Source of the DNA: an uncultured archaeon
GTDB taxonomy: Archaea > Nanobdellota > Nanobdellia > Woesearchaeales > CAIVOO01
Length of the DNA: 39,896 nt
Reading direction: 5' to 3'
NCBI GenBank assembly: GCA_903842985.1
Contig: CAIMOB010000041.1
Coordinates: 1-39,896, forward strand
A model generated the notes under the pieces. That model did not search any database. It had not been told where the DNA came from and saw only the letters and a program-made list of their open reading frames with translations. Below are positions 9,649-18,989 of this stretch, piece by piece. Position 1 is the first letter of the stretch, and every line of letters starts with the position of its first letter. A program made the position numbers and the translations under genes.

Positions 9649-10035
9649 TTACCTTTTCTTCTTTTTCTTTACATCCCTTGTGTAAAACTGTATTTTGGTT
9701 GGATCCTTCTTTATTGCCTTGACAACAGAAGCAGGCCCCACTATGGTTAGTCCGGTCCTGTTTCCAAGAAGCATGTCCAGGATATTGTTTTTTAGCTTTA
9801 TCATTGGTCCGCCCCGTACCTTTGAGGGGTCAATGACTTCCAGCTCTATTCCCTTGAACTCGTCGTTAATCTCCTCCATTGTTGTCTTTATCAGCTCTGC
9901 CTCTTCCTCTTTTGTCAGTCTTCCTTCAAGAAGGACTATCTTATTCTCCTTTGCTGTCTTCAATAGCCTCTTGATTCTGCCTAACGAACTCAGCTTCTCG
10001 ATTTCATGGTATGGTATAAATTCTATTGTTAGCAT
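9649..10035 (-). CDS. oapB: OapB (DUF2073 family)
   Basis: IVLLEGRLTKEEEAELIKTTM, FKGIE, GLTIVGPA; ATG after GAGGTG. Confidence 0.82.
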   Translation of the reverse strand: MLTIEFIPYHEIEKLSSLGRIKRLLKTAKENKIVLLEGRLTKEEEAELIKTTMEEINDEFKGIELEVIDPSKVRGGPMIKLKNNILDMLLGNRTGLTIVGPASVVKAIKKDPTKIQFYTRDVKKKKKR

Positions 10036-10037
10036 TT

Positions 10038-10670
10038 TCACCTCGCCACGTCAAATAGGGCCTCGTAAAACTCATCAATGTTATTCCCGTATTTTGCGGA
10101 CAACCCGACAACAGGATACTGCGGGAATGCATTTTTCACCTTTTTGATGTTTGCTTTCTTAAGGTCAATTTTGTTTGCACCAATCAAAACAGGTATTTTT
10201 CTTGCTGCAAGATTCCCGATTATCGTGATATTGACCTGAGAATAAGGATCTTTTGTGGCATCAAGGATAACTATGACGACATCCATGTTATCGAGCCACT
10301 TGATTGACTCAATAACTCCTTTTGTTGCCTCCTTTGCCCTCTTCTTCGCCTCCTTTTCCTTCATTCCATGCTTCATAAAATCTTCATAGTCTATTTTTGT
10401 GGCTATCCCTGGCGTGTCAATCAGGTTGAATTCAAGCTCTTTTTTGCCTGATTTTACTGTAATGTTCTCTTTTATCTGTATCTCCCTTGTTTCGTGGGCT
10501 ATCGCAGAAACCTTGCCCATCTCCTGCCCAAGCCAGTCCTTGCAGATTCTGTTTGCAATGGTTGTTTTTCCGCCGTTTGGAGGGCCGTAAATCCCTATCT
10601 TTAGCTTTCTCTTCCCCCTCAGCAGGCTATTAAAAACCCTGCTTATGAACTTTGAAAGAATACTAATCAT
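10038..10670 (-). CDS. oapA: Era-like GTP-binding protein OapA
   Basis: IGIYGPPNGGKTT, HETRE, DTPG, EATKGV, DPYSQVN, NKID, SA. Confidence 0.88.
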   Translation of the reverse strand: MISILSKFISRVFNSLLRGKRKLKIGIYGPPNGGKTTIANRICKDWLGQEMGKVSAIAHETREIQIKENITVKSGKKELEFNLIDTPGIATKIDYEDFMKHGMKEKEAKKRAKEATKGVIESIKWLDNMDVVIVILDATKDPYSQVNITIIGNLAARKIPVLIGANKIDLKKANIKKVKNAFPQYPVVGLSAKYGNNIDEFYEALFDVAR

Positions 10671-10753
10671 GGGTATTAAATTTTCAATTGCTCTTTATAT
10701 ATTTTTTGGTAAAAAAAGCAATATTTATAAACATCTAAAAAATGGGTTAATGC

Positions 10754-11311
10754 ATGAACGAAGGCGTTAAAAACGATATTCTTGCAATACTAGAAAAAGT
10801 TATTTCAATCCTTGAAAAAGAAGAGGAAAAAGACATTTTTGAGCTTGAGGAGCTTAGCAACCACATAATTCACAGCGCAACAATATTTCAGGATGAAGAC
10901 TCTGTGTCAACTGCTGTCTTGGTTTATTCTATTTACAAAGTAATTGAGCGTGCGGGTCCAAGGCCTGAAGTTTATTTAAAAATAAGATCTGAAATTGAAA
11001 AAAGCCGCAAATTCCTTGAAAGCAATGACCTTGAAAAATACCGCGGATGCATAAAGAACATTTCCAAAATAATATCAGAAATAGATGAAAAATTCAAAAA
11101 ATATGTTGAAGAGGTCATTGAAAAGGCAAGGATAAAGAAAGGAACAAAGATATATGAGCATGGCATCTCAATAGCAAGAGTTGCTGAGATTCTTGGAATA
11201 TCCCAGTGGGACTTAATGAATTATGTCGGAAAGACAGAGATAACAGAGTTTGCTGTCAAAGGGCTTGGCATAGAAAGCAAATTAAAATATCTGCGGGGAA
11301 TTTTCAAATGA
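10754..11311 (+). CDS. Helical protein with C-terminal UPF0175-like HTH
   Basis: IYEHGISIARVAEILGISQWDLM resembles the UPF0175 HTH; ATGA-coupled to the PIN gene. Confidence 0.6.
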   Translation: MNEGVKNDILAILEKVISILEKEEEKDIFELEELSNHIIHSATIFQDEDSVSTAVLVYSIYKVIERAGPRPEVYLKIRSEIEKSRKFLESNDLEKYRGCIKNISKIISEIDEKFKKYVEEVIEKARIKKGTKIYEHGISIARVAEILGISQWDLMNYVGKTEITEFAVKGLGIESKLKYLRGIFK

Positions 11312-12000
11312 AATCAATATTTTTTGATGCAGGGCCGATAATAAGCCTAGCAACGAACAACCTGCTTTGGCTCCTTCAGGAGCTGAAAAATGTCTATCAG
11401 GGAAATTTTTACATATCAAAAGCAGTCAAAAAGGAAGTGATAGATAAGCCTTTCAGCGGGAAAAGATTCAAATTTGAGGCAATGCAGGTCATGGCTGTTG
11501 TTGAGAGCAAAGTCCTTGAAGTGAATTATGACAAAAAAATTGAAGAGATTTCAAAAAAATTGATGGATGTGGCAAATAGGTGCTTCATTGCAAAGGGAAA
11601 CTACATACAGATAGTCCACAGCGGTGAGATTGAGACACTTGCCGGCGCAATTGTTTCTGGCTCAGAACTTGTTGTTATTGACGAGAGAACAACAAGGATT
11701 TTGATAGAGAATCCGCAGGGTCTTTTGGAGCTTCTGCAGCACAAGCTTCACATGCCTGTCAAAATGGTCAAGGCAAACATTGATGAATTCTCAAGGCTTA
11801 CGCAGAACATAAGAATTTCAAGATCCGTCGAGCTGGCAGTCATCGCCTATGAAAAAGGTCTTTTGGACAAGCTGATACCCAATGTTGCGAACCCGAAAAA
11901 GGAGCTCTTAGACGGGGTTCTCTGGGGCATAAAACTCAACGGCTGCTCTGTTTCCAGGAGGGAAATTGAGCAAATACTCAAAATTGAGACGAAAAAATAA
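11308..12000 (+). CDS. PIN-domain protein (DUF3368/VapC-like)
   Basis: FFDAGPIISL, AVKKEV, SGEIE, VIDERTTR acidic PIN motifs; ATG at 11308. Confidence 0.7.
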   Translation: MKSIFFDAGPIISLATNNLLWLLQELKNVYQGNFYISKAVKKEVIDKPFSGKRFKFEAMQVMAVVESKVLEVNYDKKIEEISKKLMDVANRCFIAKGNYIQIVHSGEIETLAGAIVSGSELVVIDERTTRILIENPQGLLELLQHKLHMPVKMVKANIDEFSRLTQNIRISRSVELAVIAYEKGLLDKLIPNVANPKKELLDGVLWGIKLNGCSVSRREIEQILKIETKK

Positions 12001-12063
12001 AAAAGTATATAAAGGGGTTTGTTTTATTATCTATTAAATTTCGACTAAAAAGGAGGTTGAAAA

Positions 12064-12303
12064 ATGGGAAGTGTTATATCAAAAACAGGCATTAAAAGAC
12101 AAAAAGAGTATTTGTACTACATTGACAAAAAAGGAAGTGTGTGCAAAGTCAAGATGGCTAGGGCAGGCAAGAAAAGAGGATCGCCTGAAGTTGTTTTGAA
12201 AGCAGGCATAAAGAAACAGAAAGGCTACCTTTACTATGTTGACAAGAAAGGCAATGTCTGCGCTGCCAAGATGGTAAGAGGCGGAAGGAAGAAAAAGAAG
12301 TAA
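12064..12303 (+). CDS. Small basic protein with two 39-aa repeats
   Basis: SD AGGAGGT at 12051-12057, TATATAAA at 12006; repeat GIK.QK.YLYY.DKKG.VC..KM.R.G. Confidence 0.85.
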   Translation: MGSVISKTGIKRQKEYLYYIDKKGSVCKVKMARAGKKRGSPEVVLKAGIKKQKGYLYYVDKKGNVCAAKMVRGGRKKKK

Positions 12304-12347
12304 GCCTCAAAAGATTTTTAAATTGATTTCTTTTTTTATTATTTTAT

Positions 12348-12453
12348 GAGCCCGTAGCCTAGTTTGGAGACTTTATCGAACAAATAGGGCGACAGCCTCC
12401 TAAGCTGTAGGTCGGGGGTTCGAAATCAAAAGACGAAAGTCCCCCCGGGCTCG
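12348..12453 (+). tRNA. tRNA-Arg(CCU) with two non-canonical introns (12368-12383 D-loop; 12425-12439 T-loop)
   Basis: Acceptor GAGCCCG/CGGGCTC, anticodon arm ACAGC-CTCCTAA-GCTGT; both inserts fold as bulge-helix-bulge and their removal restores standard D and T loops. Confidence 0.92.
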
Positions 12454-12466
12454 CTTTATACTGAAA

Positions 12467-13498
12467 ATGAAAAAAACACTGGTGTTGCTTGGTTCATTGC
12501 TTGTAGGAATTGGGATATTTCTGTATATGATACTTCATTTCAACATTAAAGAGGCGCTGAGTTCGTTCGCTGTGTTTTCCCCAAAAACATTATTTCTTTA
12601 CCTTCTTGTATCTGTGATTATAATGATTGTTCTGGTCTTTAGGTGGAAAAGGATAATGAATACGCTTGATATCAAAATCCCATTTTTGAAATTGTTCCTG
12701 TACAAACTTTCTGGTTACGCAGTCGGTTACCTTGTTCCTACAAAAAAGGTTGGCGTTGATGCAAGAACCTACCTGCTATTTAAGGAAAAGAAGATTGTAA
12801 GTTCAAGCAAAGGCGCGTCTTCTGTTATGCTTGACAATATGCTTGAATTTGCCGGAGACATATTTTTTGCATTTGTGGGATTTATTGTGCTTATCAGTTT
12901 TTTTAATATCTCATTAAAGTTAAAAATAGCGTTGATTGCTGCGCTCTGCGCATCTGCGTTACTTGTGGGGTCTTTCTTTTATAGTTACAACAGAGGAAAA
13001 CATGTTTTTTCAAGGTTGATTGAATTTTTAAGAATCGACAGAATTAAGGTATTTAATCTGCTCAAAAACTGGGTGAAAAGCAGTGAAAAGCATAACATAA
13101 GATTCATAAAAAATAACAGAAAAGAAGTATTTATTTCATTCCTCATATCTCTGTCATTGTGGATTCTTATGTTTATTGAATACAAATTCGCGTTGAAAAT
13201 TATTGGCTACACTGTTGGGTTCAAGGAAATATTTGTTATCCTGACTTTTGTATCAATTGCTTACCTCATCCCCATACCTGCTGCGTTAGGTGTCTTGGAA
13301 GCTTCGCAGGTTTCTGCATTCTCACTGCTTGGAATGAGGCCTTCGACTGCAATTGCATTAAGTTTTATAGTCAGAGCAAGAGACTTAGTCTGGACAATAC
13401 TTGGGCTAACTGTGCTCTATGCACATAGCGCATCTTCATTAAAGGATTATTTTAAAAAAAATGACACTGCTGACAGAAGGGGTAAAGGAAGGGCTTAG
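12467..13498 (+). CDS. UPF0104 / lysylphosphatidylglycerol-synthase TM-domain (flippase-like) membrane protein
   Basis: Multiple TM helices, RW motif, PIPAALGVLE, FIVR. Confidence 0.75.
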   Translation: MKKTLVLLGSLLVGIGIFLYMILHFNIKEALSSFAVFSPKTLFLYLLVSVIIMIVLVFRWKRIMNTLDIKIPFLKLFLYKLSGYAVGYLVPTKKVGVDARTYLLFKEKKIVSSSKGASSVMLDNMLEFAGDIFFAFVGFIVLISFFNISLKLKIALIAALCASALLVGSFFYSYNRGKHVFSRLIEFLRIDRIKVFNLLKNWVKSSEKHNIRFIKNNRKEVFISFLISLSLWILMFIEYKFALKIIGYTVGFKEIFVILTFVSIAYLIPIPAALGVLEASQVSAFSLLGMRPSTAIALSFIVRARDLVWTILGLTVLYAHSASSLKDYFKKNDTADRRGKGRA

Positions 13499-14516
13499 AA
13501 TATTTTGGCAGGGGCTCCAGCCTTACAAAAGCTATTCCGGCAATTGGAGAGAAATTTGCAAAAAAATTGTAAACGAATGCTGGAATGGAAAGTATTTTCA
13601 GGTAAGCAACGGGAATTTCAGCGAATTCTACGTAAGGGATTTTGCTTTCTGCCATGATTCTCTTAAAAAATTGAGATATGGAGCTGAGACTGGGAAGACG
13701 CTGAATTACTGCCTTGAAAAATTCTCAAGATTCGGAAAAATTACCACAACAATAACAAAACAAGGGGTGCCAATTGATGTTTTTGGAATAGCGCCGGATT
13801 CCCTTGCGCTGCTTGTCAAGTGCCTAGACAAGAATCTGACAAAAGACTACAGGGAATTTTTGAACCAGCAGATAAATTATTATTATAAGATTATATTCGA
13901 TGAAGAAACTGGGCTTGTTAGGAAAAATACCTATTTTTCAAGCGCAAAGGACCACTGCACCAGGAATTCCTCAATGTATGACAACTGTATGGTTGCTTTT
14001 TTAAGCAAAAACTTGACTGGGTTGGGCCTTGAAAACCCATTCAAGTATAATTTTAATAAAGTCCTAAAGGAAAATTTTTGGACTGGAAACTATTTCAAGG
14101 ATGATTTGGATTCAGGAATCTCTTCTGACGCCAATATCTATCCCTATTGGCTTGGGCTGTTTGATTCAAAGAAAATGATTAAAAGATCTGTAGAAGCGAT
14201 TCAGAATGAGGGGCTTGACAAGCCTTTTCCAATAAAGTATACAAACAGCAGGAAAGGAAAATTTCTTTTCCCAATGAAAATTTTTGTTCCAAACTATGAA
14301 GGGAACACTGTTTGGGCGCACCATGGGCTTAATTTCATAAAAGTTGTTGAAAGGATTGACAGGGAAAAGGCGAGATTTTATAAACAGCAATATGCTGGAC
14401 TAATCAAGAAACATAAAAACTTTTTGGAGGTTTATGAACCAGACGGAACGCCGTATAAAACGAGGTTTTACAAGGCTGATTCCGGGCTTTTGTGGTGCGC
14501 AAATCTGCTATGCTAA
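13461..14516 (+). CDS. Putative (alpha/alpha)6 glycoside hydrolase-like protein
   Basis: FYVRD, YEGNTVW and FLEVY resemble six-hairpin glycosidase motifs; lies between flippase-like and GT2 genes. Confidence 0.45.
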   Translation: MTLLTEGVKEGLRIFWQGLQPYKSYSGNWREICKKIVNECWNGKYFQVSNGNFSEFYVRDFAFCHDSLKKLRYGAETGKTLNYCLEKFSRFGKITTTITKQGVPIDVFGIAPDSLALLVKCLDKNLTKDYREFLNQQINYYYKIIFDEETGLVRKNTYFSSAKDHCTRNSSMYDNCMVAFLSKNLTGLGLENPFKYNFNKVLKENFWTGNYFKDDLDSGISSDANIYPYWLGLFDSKKMIKRSVEAIQNEGLDKPFPIKYTNSRKGKFLFPMKIFVPNYEGNTVWAHHGLNFIKVVERIDREKARFYKQQYAGLIKKHKNFLEVYEPDGTPYKTRFYKADSGLLWCANLLC

Positions 14517-15220
14517 GCATAATAATACCTGCAAGGAATGAAGAAAAAATAATTGGAAGGCTTTTGAAAAGCATCAAGAGCCAGAATTTTGATTGTGAAA
14601 TCATAGTTGGAAATGACGGCTCAACAGATAAGACAGCAAAAATTGCAGGAAAATACGCAAGGGTTGTGACAGGCAAATGGGGGCATCCCGGCAGCGTGAG
14701 AAACGCGTGTGCAAAAATCGCAAAAGGCAATTATCTCCTCTTTCTGGATGCTGACGTTGTTCTTCCAAATAACTTTCTTAATCAGAATTTTAAAGAATTT
14801 ATTGATAGGAAAATGGTAAGCGCGACAACTTATGTTAAACCCCTGAGCAATAAACTAGTTGATATGTTCATTCATGGCTTCGGCTATAATCTATTTTATT
14901 TCCTGCTGCAGAGAATAAGCCCGCTTGCGTGCGGCTTCTGTATCTTCTGCAGAAAAGACATTTTTATTAAAGTAGGTGGTTTTGACAGAAGCATAACACT
15001 TGGAGAGGATCATGATTTAGTCAGGAAAAGCACAGAATATGGAAGATTTGGCATACTTCACGGCCCAAAGATAAAAGTTTCCGTCAGAAGGTTGGAAACA
15101 GAAGGAAGATTAAAGTATCTGCTAAAGATGGTTAAGGCTGCGCTTTTCATGACATTTAAAGGTCCGATAAGAGGGGAGATAGAATACACATTTGACCATA
15201 AATCTAAGAAAGTTCCTTGA
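14510..15220 (+). CDS. Glycosyltransferase family 2
   Basis: SIIIPARNEE, DGSTD, FLDAD, GGFD...ED. Confidence 0.9.
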   Translation: MLSIIIPARNEEKIIGRLLKSIKSQNFDCEIIVGNDGSTDKTAKIAGKYARVVTGKWGHPGSVRNACAKIAKGNYLLFLDADVVLPNNFLNQNFKEFIDRKMVSATTYVKPLSNKLVDMFIHGFGYNLFYFLLQRISPLACGFCIFCRKDIFIKVGGFDRSITLGEDHDLVRKSTEYGRFGILHGPKIKVSVRRLETEGRLKYLLKMVKAALFMTFKGPIRGEIEYTFDHKSKKVP

Positions 15221-17024
15221 TTTTTTCCATTATCTTCTTTGCGTCTGCCTTTCCCCTAAGCTTTGACATTGCCCTGCTTATTATCAGCCTCATGTCAGCG
15301 CCCCTGCTCTCTGCGATTATCCGCTTCAGCTCCGCCTCAAGTTCTTTGTCAGACATTGCTTCATATTTTTTAAAATCAAGCTTGTTTTTCTTTGCGTAAT
15401 CTACAAAGACGTCCTGAAGCGCTTCCTTGGCAATCTTTCCCTTGTCAAGCGCATCAAAAATCTTTTCAAAAACATCGTCGCTTATTTTAACATCCAGATT
15501 AAAGTTCCTTCTAAGATTCTTTTCGGTTGTAAGCATTATTTCTGCAATAAACGCCGGCTTCAAAGTTTTGAATTTGCCGATGCAGGCTTCAAAAAATTCT
15601 GTTTTTCCTGATTTTGAAAGCATCTCTGCCAAATCCTTTCCAAGCCCGTACTCTTCTATTCTTTCTGCTTTTTCAGAAATAAGTTCAGGAAGCTTTATCC
15701 TGCTTGTGTCTGGTGTTATTGAAGGAATGTCTGTCTCAGGGTACATCCTTGCTGCGCCAGGCATAGGCCTCATGAAGGATGTTGTAGCATCTGCATTCGG
15801 CTTTCTTACCTCCTTTACTCCACCTTCCAATGCAAGGTTTGCCCTCTCGACAACTGTTTCAAGCGCCTTTCTTGCCCTTGATTCATTGTCAGCAATTATC
15901 ACAAATGCGTCATTATACTTTAGGTTTAATGCCTTCTTTATTTCATCAAGCTCGGAATCCCTGAATCCGTATTTCTTCAATGCCTCATCTGAATGGAACA
16001 ATCCGCCGACGCCTGCAGCAACCTTCGCCCTTTCAGAAAGCTCTGTGCCGAATCTCTTGTCAGGCAATGTCTCCTTTCCAAGCATTCCTGAGAATCCTGT
16101 GAGTTTCTGCGCAAGAATCTTTCCTTTTTTGTCAAGCGTTGACTTAATTACTTTTGATTCTGATTTGCTTAATATTTTTGAGAGGTCGATTATTTCCAAT
16201 TTTATCTTGCTTAACTTTCTTTCCTTGAGCTCTTTTGTTATTTCAAGGATGTTTTTCTGCCTATGGGCTTCAAGCTCAACAATTTTTGGAATAAGTTTCA
16301 AATCTTGCTCGCCCTTTACCTCTACCCTTGGATGGCCTGCAATGTTTATGTTAATGTCCTGCCTTATTGTCCCAATTCCTCTTTTTGCTTTTCCAGTGCT
16401 TCTAAGAAACATGCCCAGTTTTTCAGCTGCCTCCTTGCACTGCTGAGGCGAATGTATTTCAGGTCCTGTGGCGATTTCAACTAAAGGAATTCCTAAGCGG
16501 TCCAGGCGCCAGTTTATCGAGCTCGGGTCTTCTGATATTTTTCTTGCAGCATCCTCCTCTATGCAGATAGTAGGGATTGTTATTTTTCCTTCAGATGTTT
16601 CAATGATACCGTTTCTCGCAACCAACGCTGTCCTTTGGAAGCCTGAGGTATTTGAGCCGTCTATGACTGCCTTTCTCATCACCTGGATTTCATCAACAAC
16701 CTTTGCCTTCAGCATCAATGAAGCCTGCAGCGCAACATTCAGCGCTTCTTTGTTCATCGGATGCGGAGGCTCCTCATCAAACTCAACAAGACAGGTGCTG
16801 TCTGAATATCCCTCATAAACAAAATATTTGTTTTTCATCATCTCCATCAGCGCTGCAACGTCTATGTCGCCTGTCTCGCCTGCCACAGCCCTCAGTTTTC
16901 TTTTAACAAGAAGGTCTGGCTTGTCATCTCTCAGATTAGAGGAGCAGCTGCAGAATAATTTGGCTGTATCAAGCTGCTGGTGTATCTCTAAGCCGCACTT
17001 CAAGCCAAGTTTTTTGTAATCCAT
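15204..17024 (-). CDS. gatE: Glu-tRNA(Gln) amidotransferase subunit E
   Basis: MDYKKLGLKCGLEIHQQL, DGSNTSGFQRT, RLDRLGIPL, GAARMYPETD; alternative ATG at 17048. Confidence 0.95.
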   Translation of the reverse strand: MDYKKLGLKCGLEIHQQLDTAKLFCSCSSNLRDDKPDLLVKRKLRAVAGETGDIDVAALMEMMKNKYFVYEGYSDSTCLVEFDEEPPHPMNKEALNVALQASLMLKAKVVDEIQVMRKAVIDGSNTSGFQRTALVARNGIIETSEGKITIPTICIEEDAARKISEDPSSINWRLDRLGIPLVEIATGPEIHSPQQCKEAAEKLGMFLRSTGKAKRGIGTIRQDININIAGHPRVEVKGEQDLKLIPKIVELEAHRQKNILEITKELKERKLSKIKLEIIDLSKILSKSESKVIKSTLDKKGKILAQKLTGFSGMLGKETLPDKRFGTELSERAKVAAGVGGLFHSDEALKKYGFRDSELDEIKKALNLKYNDAFVIIADNESRARKALETVVERANLALEGGVKEVRKPNADATTSFMRPMPGAARMYPETDIPSITPDTSRIKLPELISEKAERIEEYGLGKDLAEMLSKSGKTEFFEACIGKFKTLKPAFIAEIMLTTEKNLRRNFNLDVKISDDVFEKIFDALDKGKIAKEALQDVFVDYAKKNKLDFKKYEAMSDKELEAELKRIIAESRGADMRLIISRAMSKLRGKADAKKIMEKIKELS

Positions 17025-17044
17025 TTTATCACAATCCTTGAGCA

Positions 17045-18328
17045 TCATAGCGTGCTTCTTATGTCTGTTCTTTCAGAAATCTCCCCTCTGAGATTCTTGC
17101 CAATTAATTCCCTGGCTTTTTCCTTAGGATAATTCCCCAAAAGCCATGCAAGCTTCACAAACGCTGTTTCTGGAAGCATGTCTTCGCCTGAAATTACTCC
17201 TGCATTCTGCAAGTCTCTGCCTGTGCTGTAGACATTCATTTCAACCCTGCCAAATAGCGTTTGAGATGTCATTACAACAGGAATTTTGCTGCAGATGCGC
17301 CTGACTGTTTCCAATATTTTCTTATGATGTTCTGTGTTTTTGTCGAGAACGGCTGTCTGCAAATGTCCAAGCCCTGTTCCTTCAATAATAAGCCCTTTGT
17401 AGCCATTGTTTTCATAAAATTCAAGAAGCTTATAGTCAAAACCTGGGTGTATTTTAACGATGCTGACCTTTTTTTCGATTTTATCCAGCAGATTAAATTT
17501 TTTATTTCCTTTTTTTGGATAATTCTTATTTAAAATTGTTATTTTTCCTTCTCTAGCCACTTCGGCAATCGGCAGCACATTTACTGACTTGAAAGCATCC
17601 CTTCTTGAAGAATGAAGCTTCCTTACCTTTGTTCCAAGATGTATTAGACAAGCAGAATCTTCCATATTCTTGTGCATGCAGACTGCAACCCCTGCAAAGT
17701 CTGACTTAAGTATGAATTGCGCAGCAGAAACTACATTGTCATAAGCGTCTGAGCTTCCCCTATCTGAGCTTCTTTGGGCGCCGACTAAAATTACGGGAAT
17801 TGGAATATTTTCAAGCATGAATGAAAGCGCACTAGATGTATAGTGCATTGTGTCTGTGCCATGGGTAACTATTATTCCATTAACCCCATTGTCCACTTCT
17901 TTCTGAACCTCTTTTGCGAGTATCTGCCAGTGCTCTGGCTCCATGTCCTCAGAAAACATCTGGAATACAAGCTTGCTTTTGATGTTAGCGATCTCCTTGA
18001 GCTCAGGAAACATCTCAAGCAGTTCTTCTGGCGAGAATCTCGCAACAACCCCTCCTGTCCTGTAATCAACTTTTGAAGCGATTGTCCCTCCTGTATGCAG
18101 GATTGCGATTGTCGGCAGGCCTTTCTTGGCTTCAACCTTGGCTTTTGCAGGCTCTGACTTTTTGTATTTTTCCAGAACCTTAATTTCCTTTACCTTCTTT
18201 TTGTCAATTCCAATATTGTATCCGCTCTCAAGCTTCACAACTACCTTACCGCTTTCTGAAGGCATCAGAACTCCCTCAACTGCCTCATCATTTGTCACAA
18301 CCTTTACCCTATCTCCAGCATCTGTCAT
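17045..18328 (-). CDS. gatD: Glu-tRNA(Gln) amidotransferase subunit D
   Basis: KLESGYNIG, TGGTIASKVDYRTG, HGTDT, GAQRSSDR. Confidence 0.95.
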   Translation of the reverse strand: MTDAGDRVKVVTNDEAVEGVLMPSESGKVVVKLESGYNIGIDKKKVKEIKVLEKYKKSEPAKAKVEAKKGLPTIAILHTGGTIASKVDYRTGGVVARFSPEELLEMFPELKEIANIKSKLVFQMFSEDMEPEHWQILAKEVQKEVDNGVNGIIVTHGTDTMHYTSSALSFMLENIPIPVILVGAQRSSDRGSSDAYDNVVSAAQFILKSDFAGVAVCMHKNMEDSACLIHLGTKVRKLHSSRRDAFKSVNVLPIAEVAREGKITILNKNYPKKGNKKFNLLDKIEKKVSIVKIHPGFDYKLLEFYENNGYKGLIIEGTGLGHLQTAVLDKNTEHHKKILETVRRICSKIPVVMTSQTLFGRVEMNVYSTGRDLQNAGVISGEDMLPETAFVKLAWLLGNYPKEKARELIGKNLRGEISERTDIRSTL

Positions 18329-18431
18329 TTCTAAAATTAAAATTCAGCAATATTTAAATCTTACCAGAAATTGCTGTAAAAACTCAAAAACGAAAATTTT
18401 ATAAGCAAGTGCCATTAACAAAGCGTTTAAA

Positions 18432-18989
18432 ATGGTTGATGGACTTGTTCCGAAAAAGATGTTTTTCACGAAGGGAGTTGGAAGACACACTGAATTTCTT
18501 GAATCCTTTGAGTTGGCATTGAGAGACGCAGGGATTGAGAAGTGCAATATCGTAACTGTCTCATCCATAATGCCTCCTAGCTGCAAGATTATACCAAAAT
18601 CAGAAGGGCTTGCCCAGCTTAAGCCAGGCCAGATTACTTTCTGTGTCATGTCAAGAACTTCAACAAATGAGCCAAACAGGCTGCTGGCAGCTTCAATTGG
18701 CTGTGCTGTTCCTGCAGACCCAACTCAATACGGCTACCTAAGCGAGCACCATTCATTTGGCCAGACAGAGGAAAAGGCAGGCGACTACGCAGAAGACATT
18801 GCAGCATGCATGCTTGCCACTACGCTTGGCGTAGATTATGACCAAAATGCATCTTACGATGAAAGAAAAGAAATATGGAAAATCTCAGACAAGATTGTCA
18901 AGACAACAAACATAGTCCAGTCTGCAATTGTTGACAAAAACGGGCTTTGGACAACAGTTATTTCAGCAGCTGTTCTTCTTTTGGATTAG
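18432..18989 (+). CDS. pdaD: Pyruvoyl-dependent arginine decarboxylase
   Basis: [19 protein letters not shown] (Ser-Ser self-cleavage site), GYLSEHH. Confidence 0.9.
   Translation: MVDGLVPKKMFFTKGVGRHTEFLESFELALRDAGIEKCNIVTVSSIMPPSCKIIPKSEGLAQLKPGQITFCVMSRTSTNEPNRLLAASIGCAVPADPTQYGYLSEHHSFGQTEEKAGDYAEDIAACMLATTLGVDYDQNASYDERKEIWKISDKIVKTTNIVQSAIVDKNGLWTTVISAAVLLLD

Noticed and set aside
15427..16446. 339-aa plus-strand ORF
   Set aside because: Antisense shadow of gatE with S/F/L-rich composition; the same applies to the long antisense ORFs over herA, cdc48, the MFS gene, mgtA and the r-protein genes
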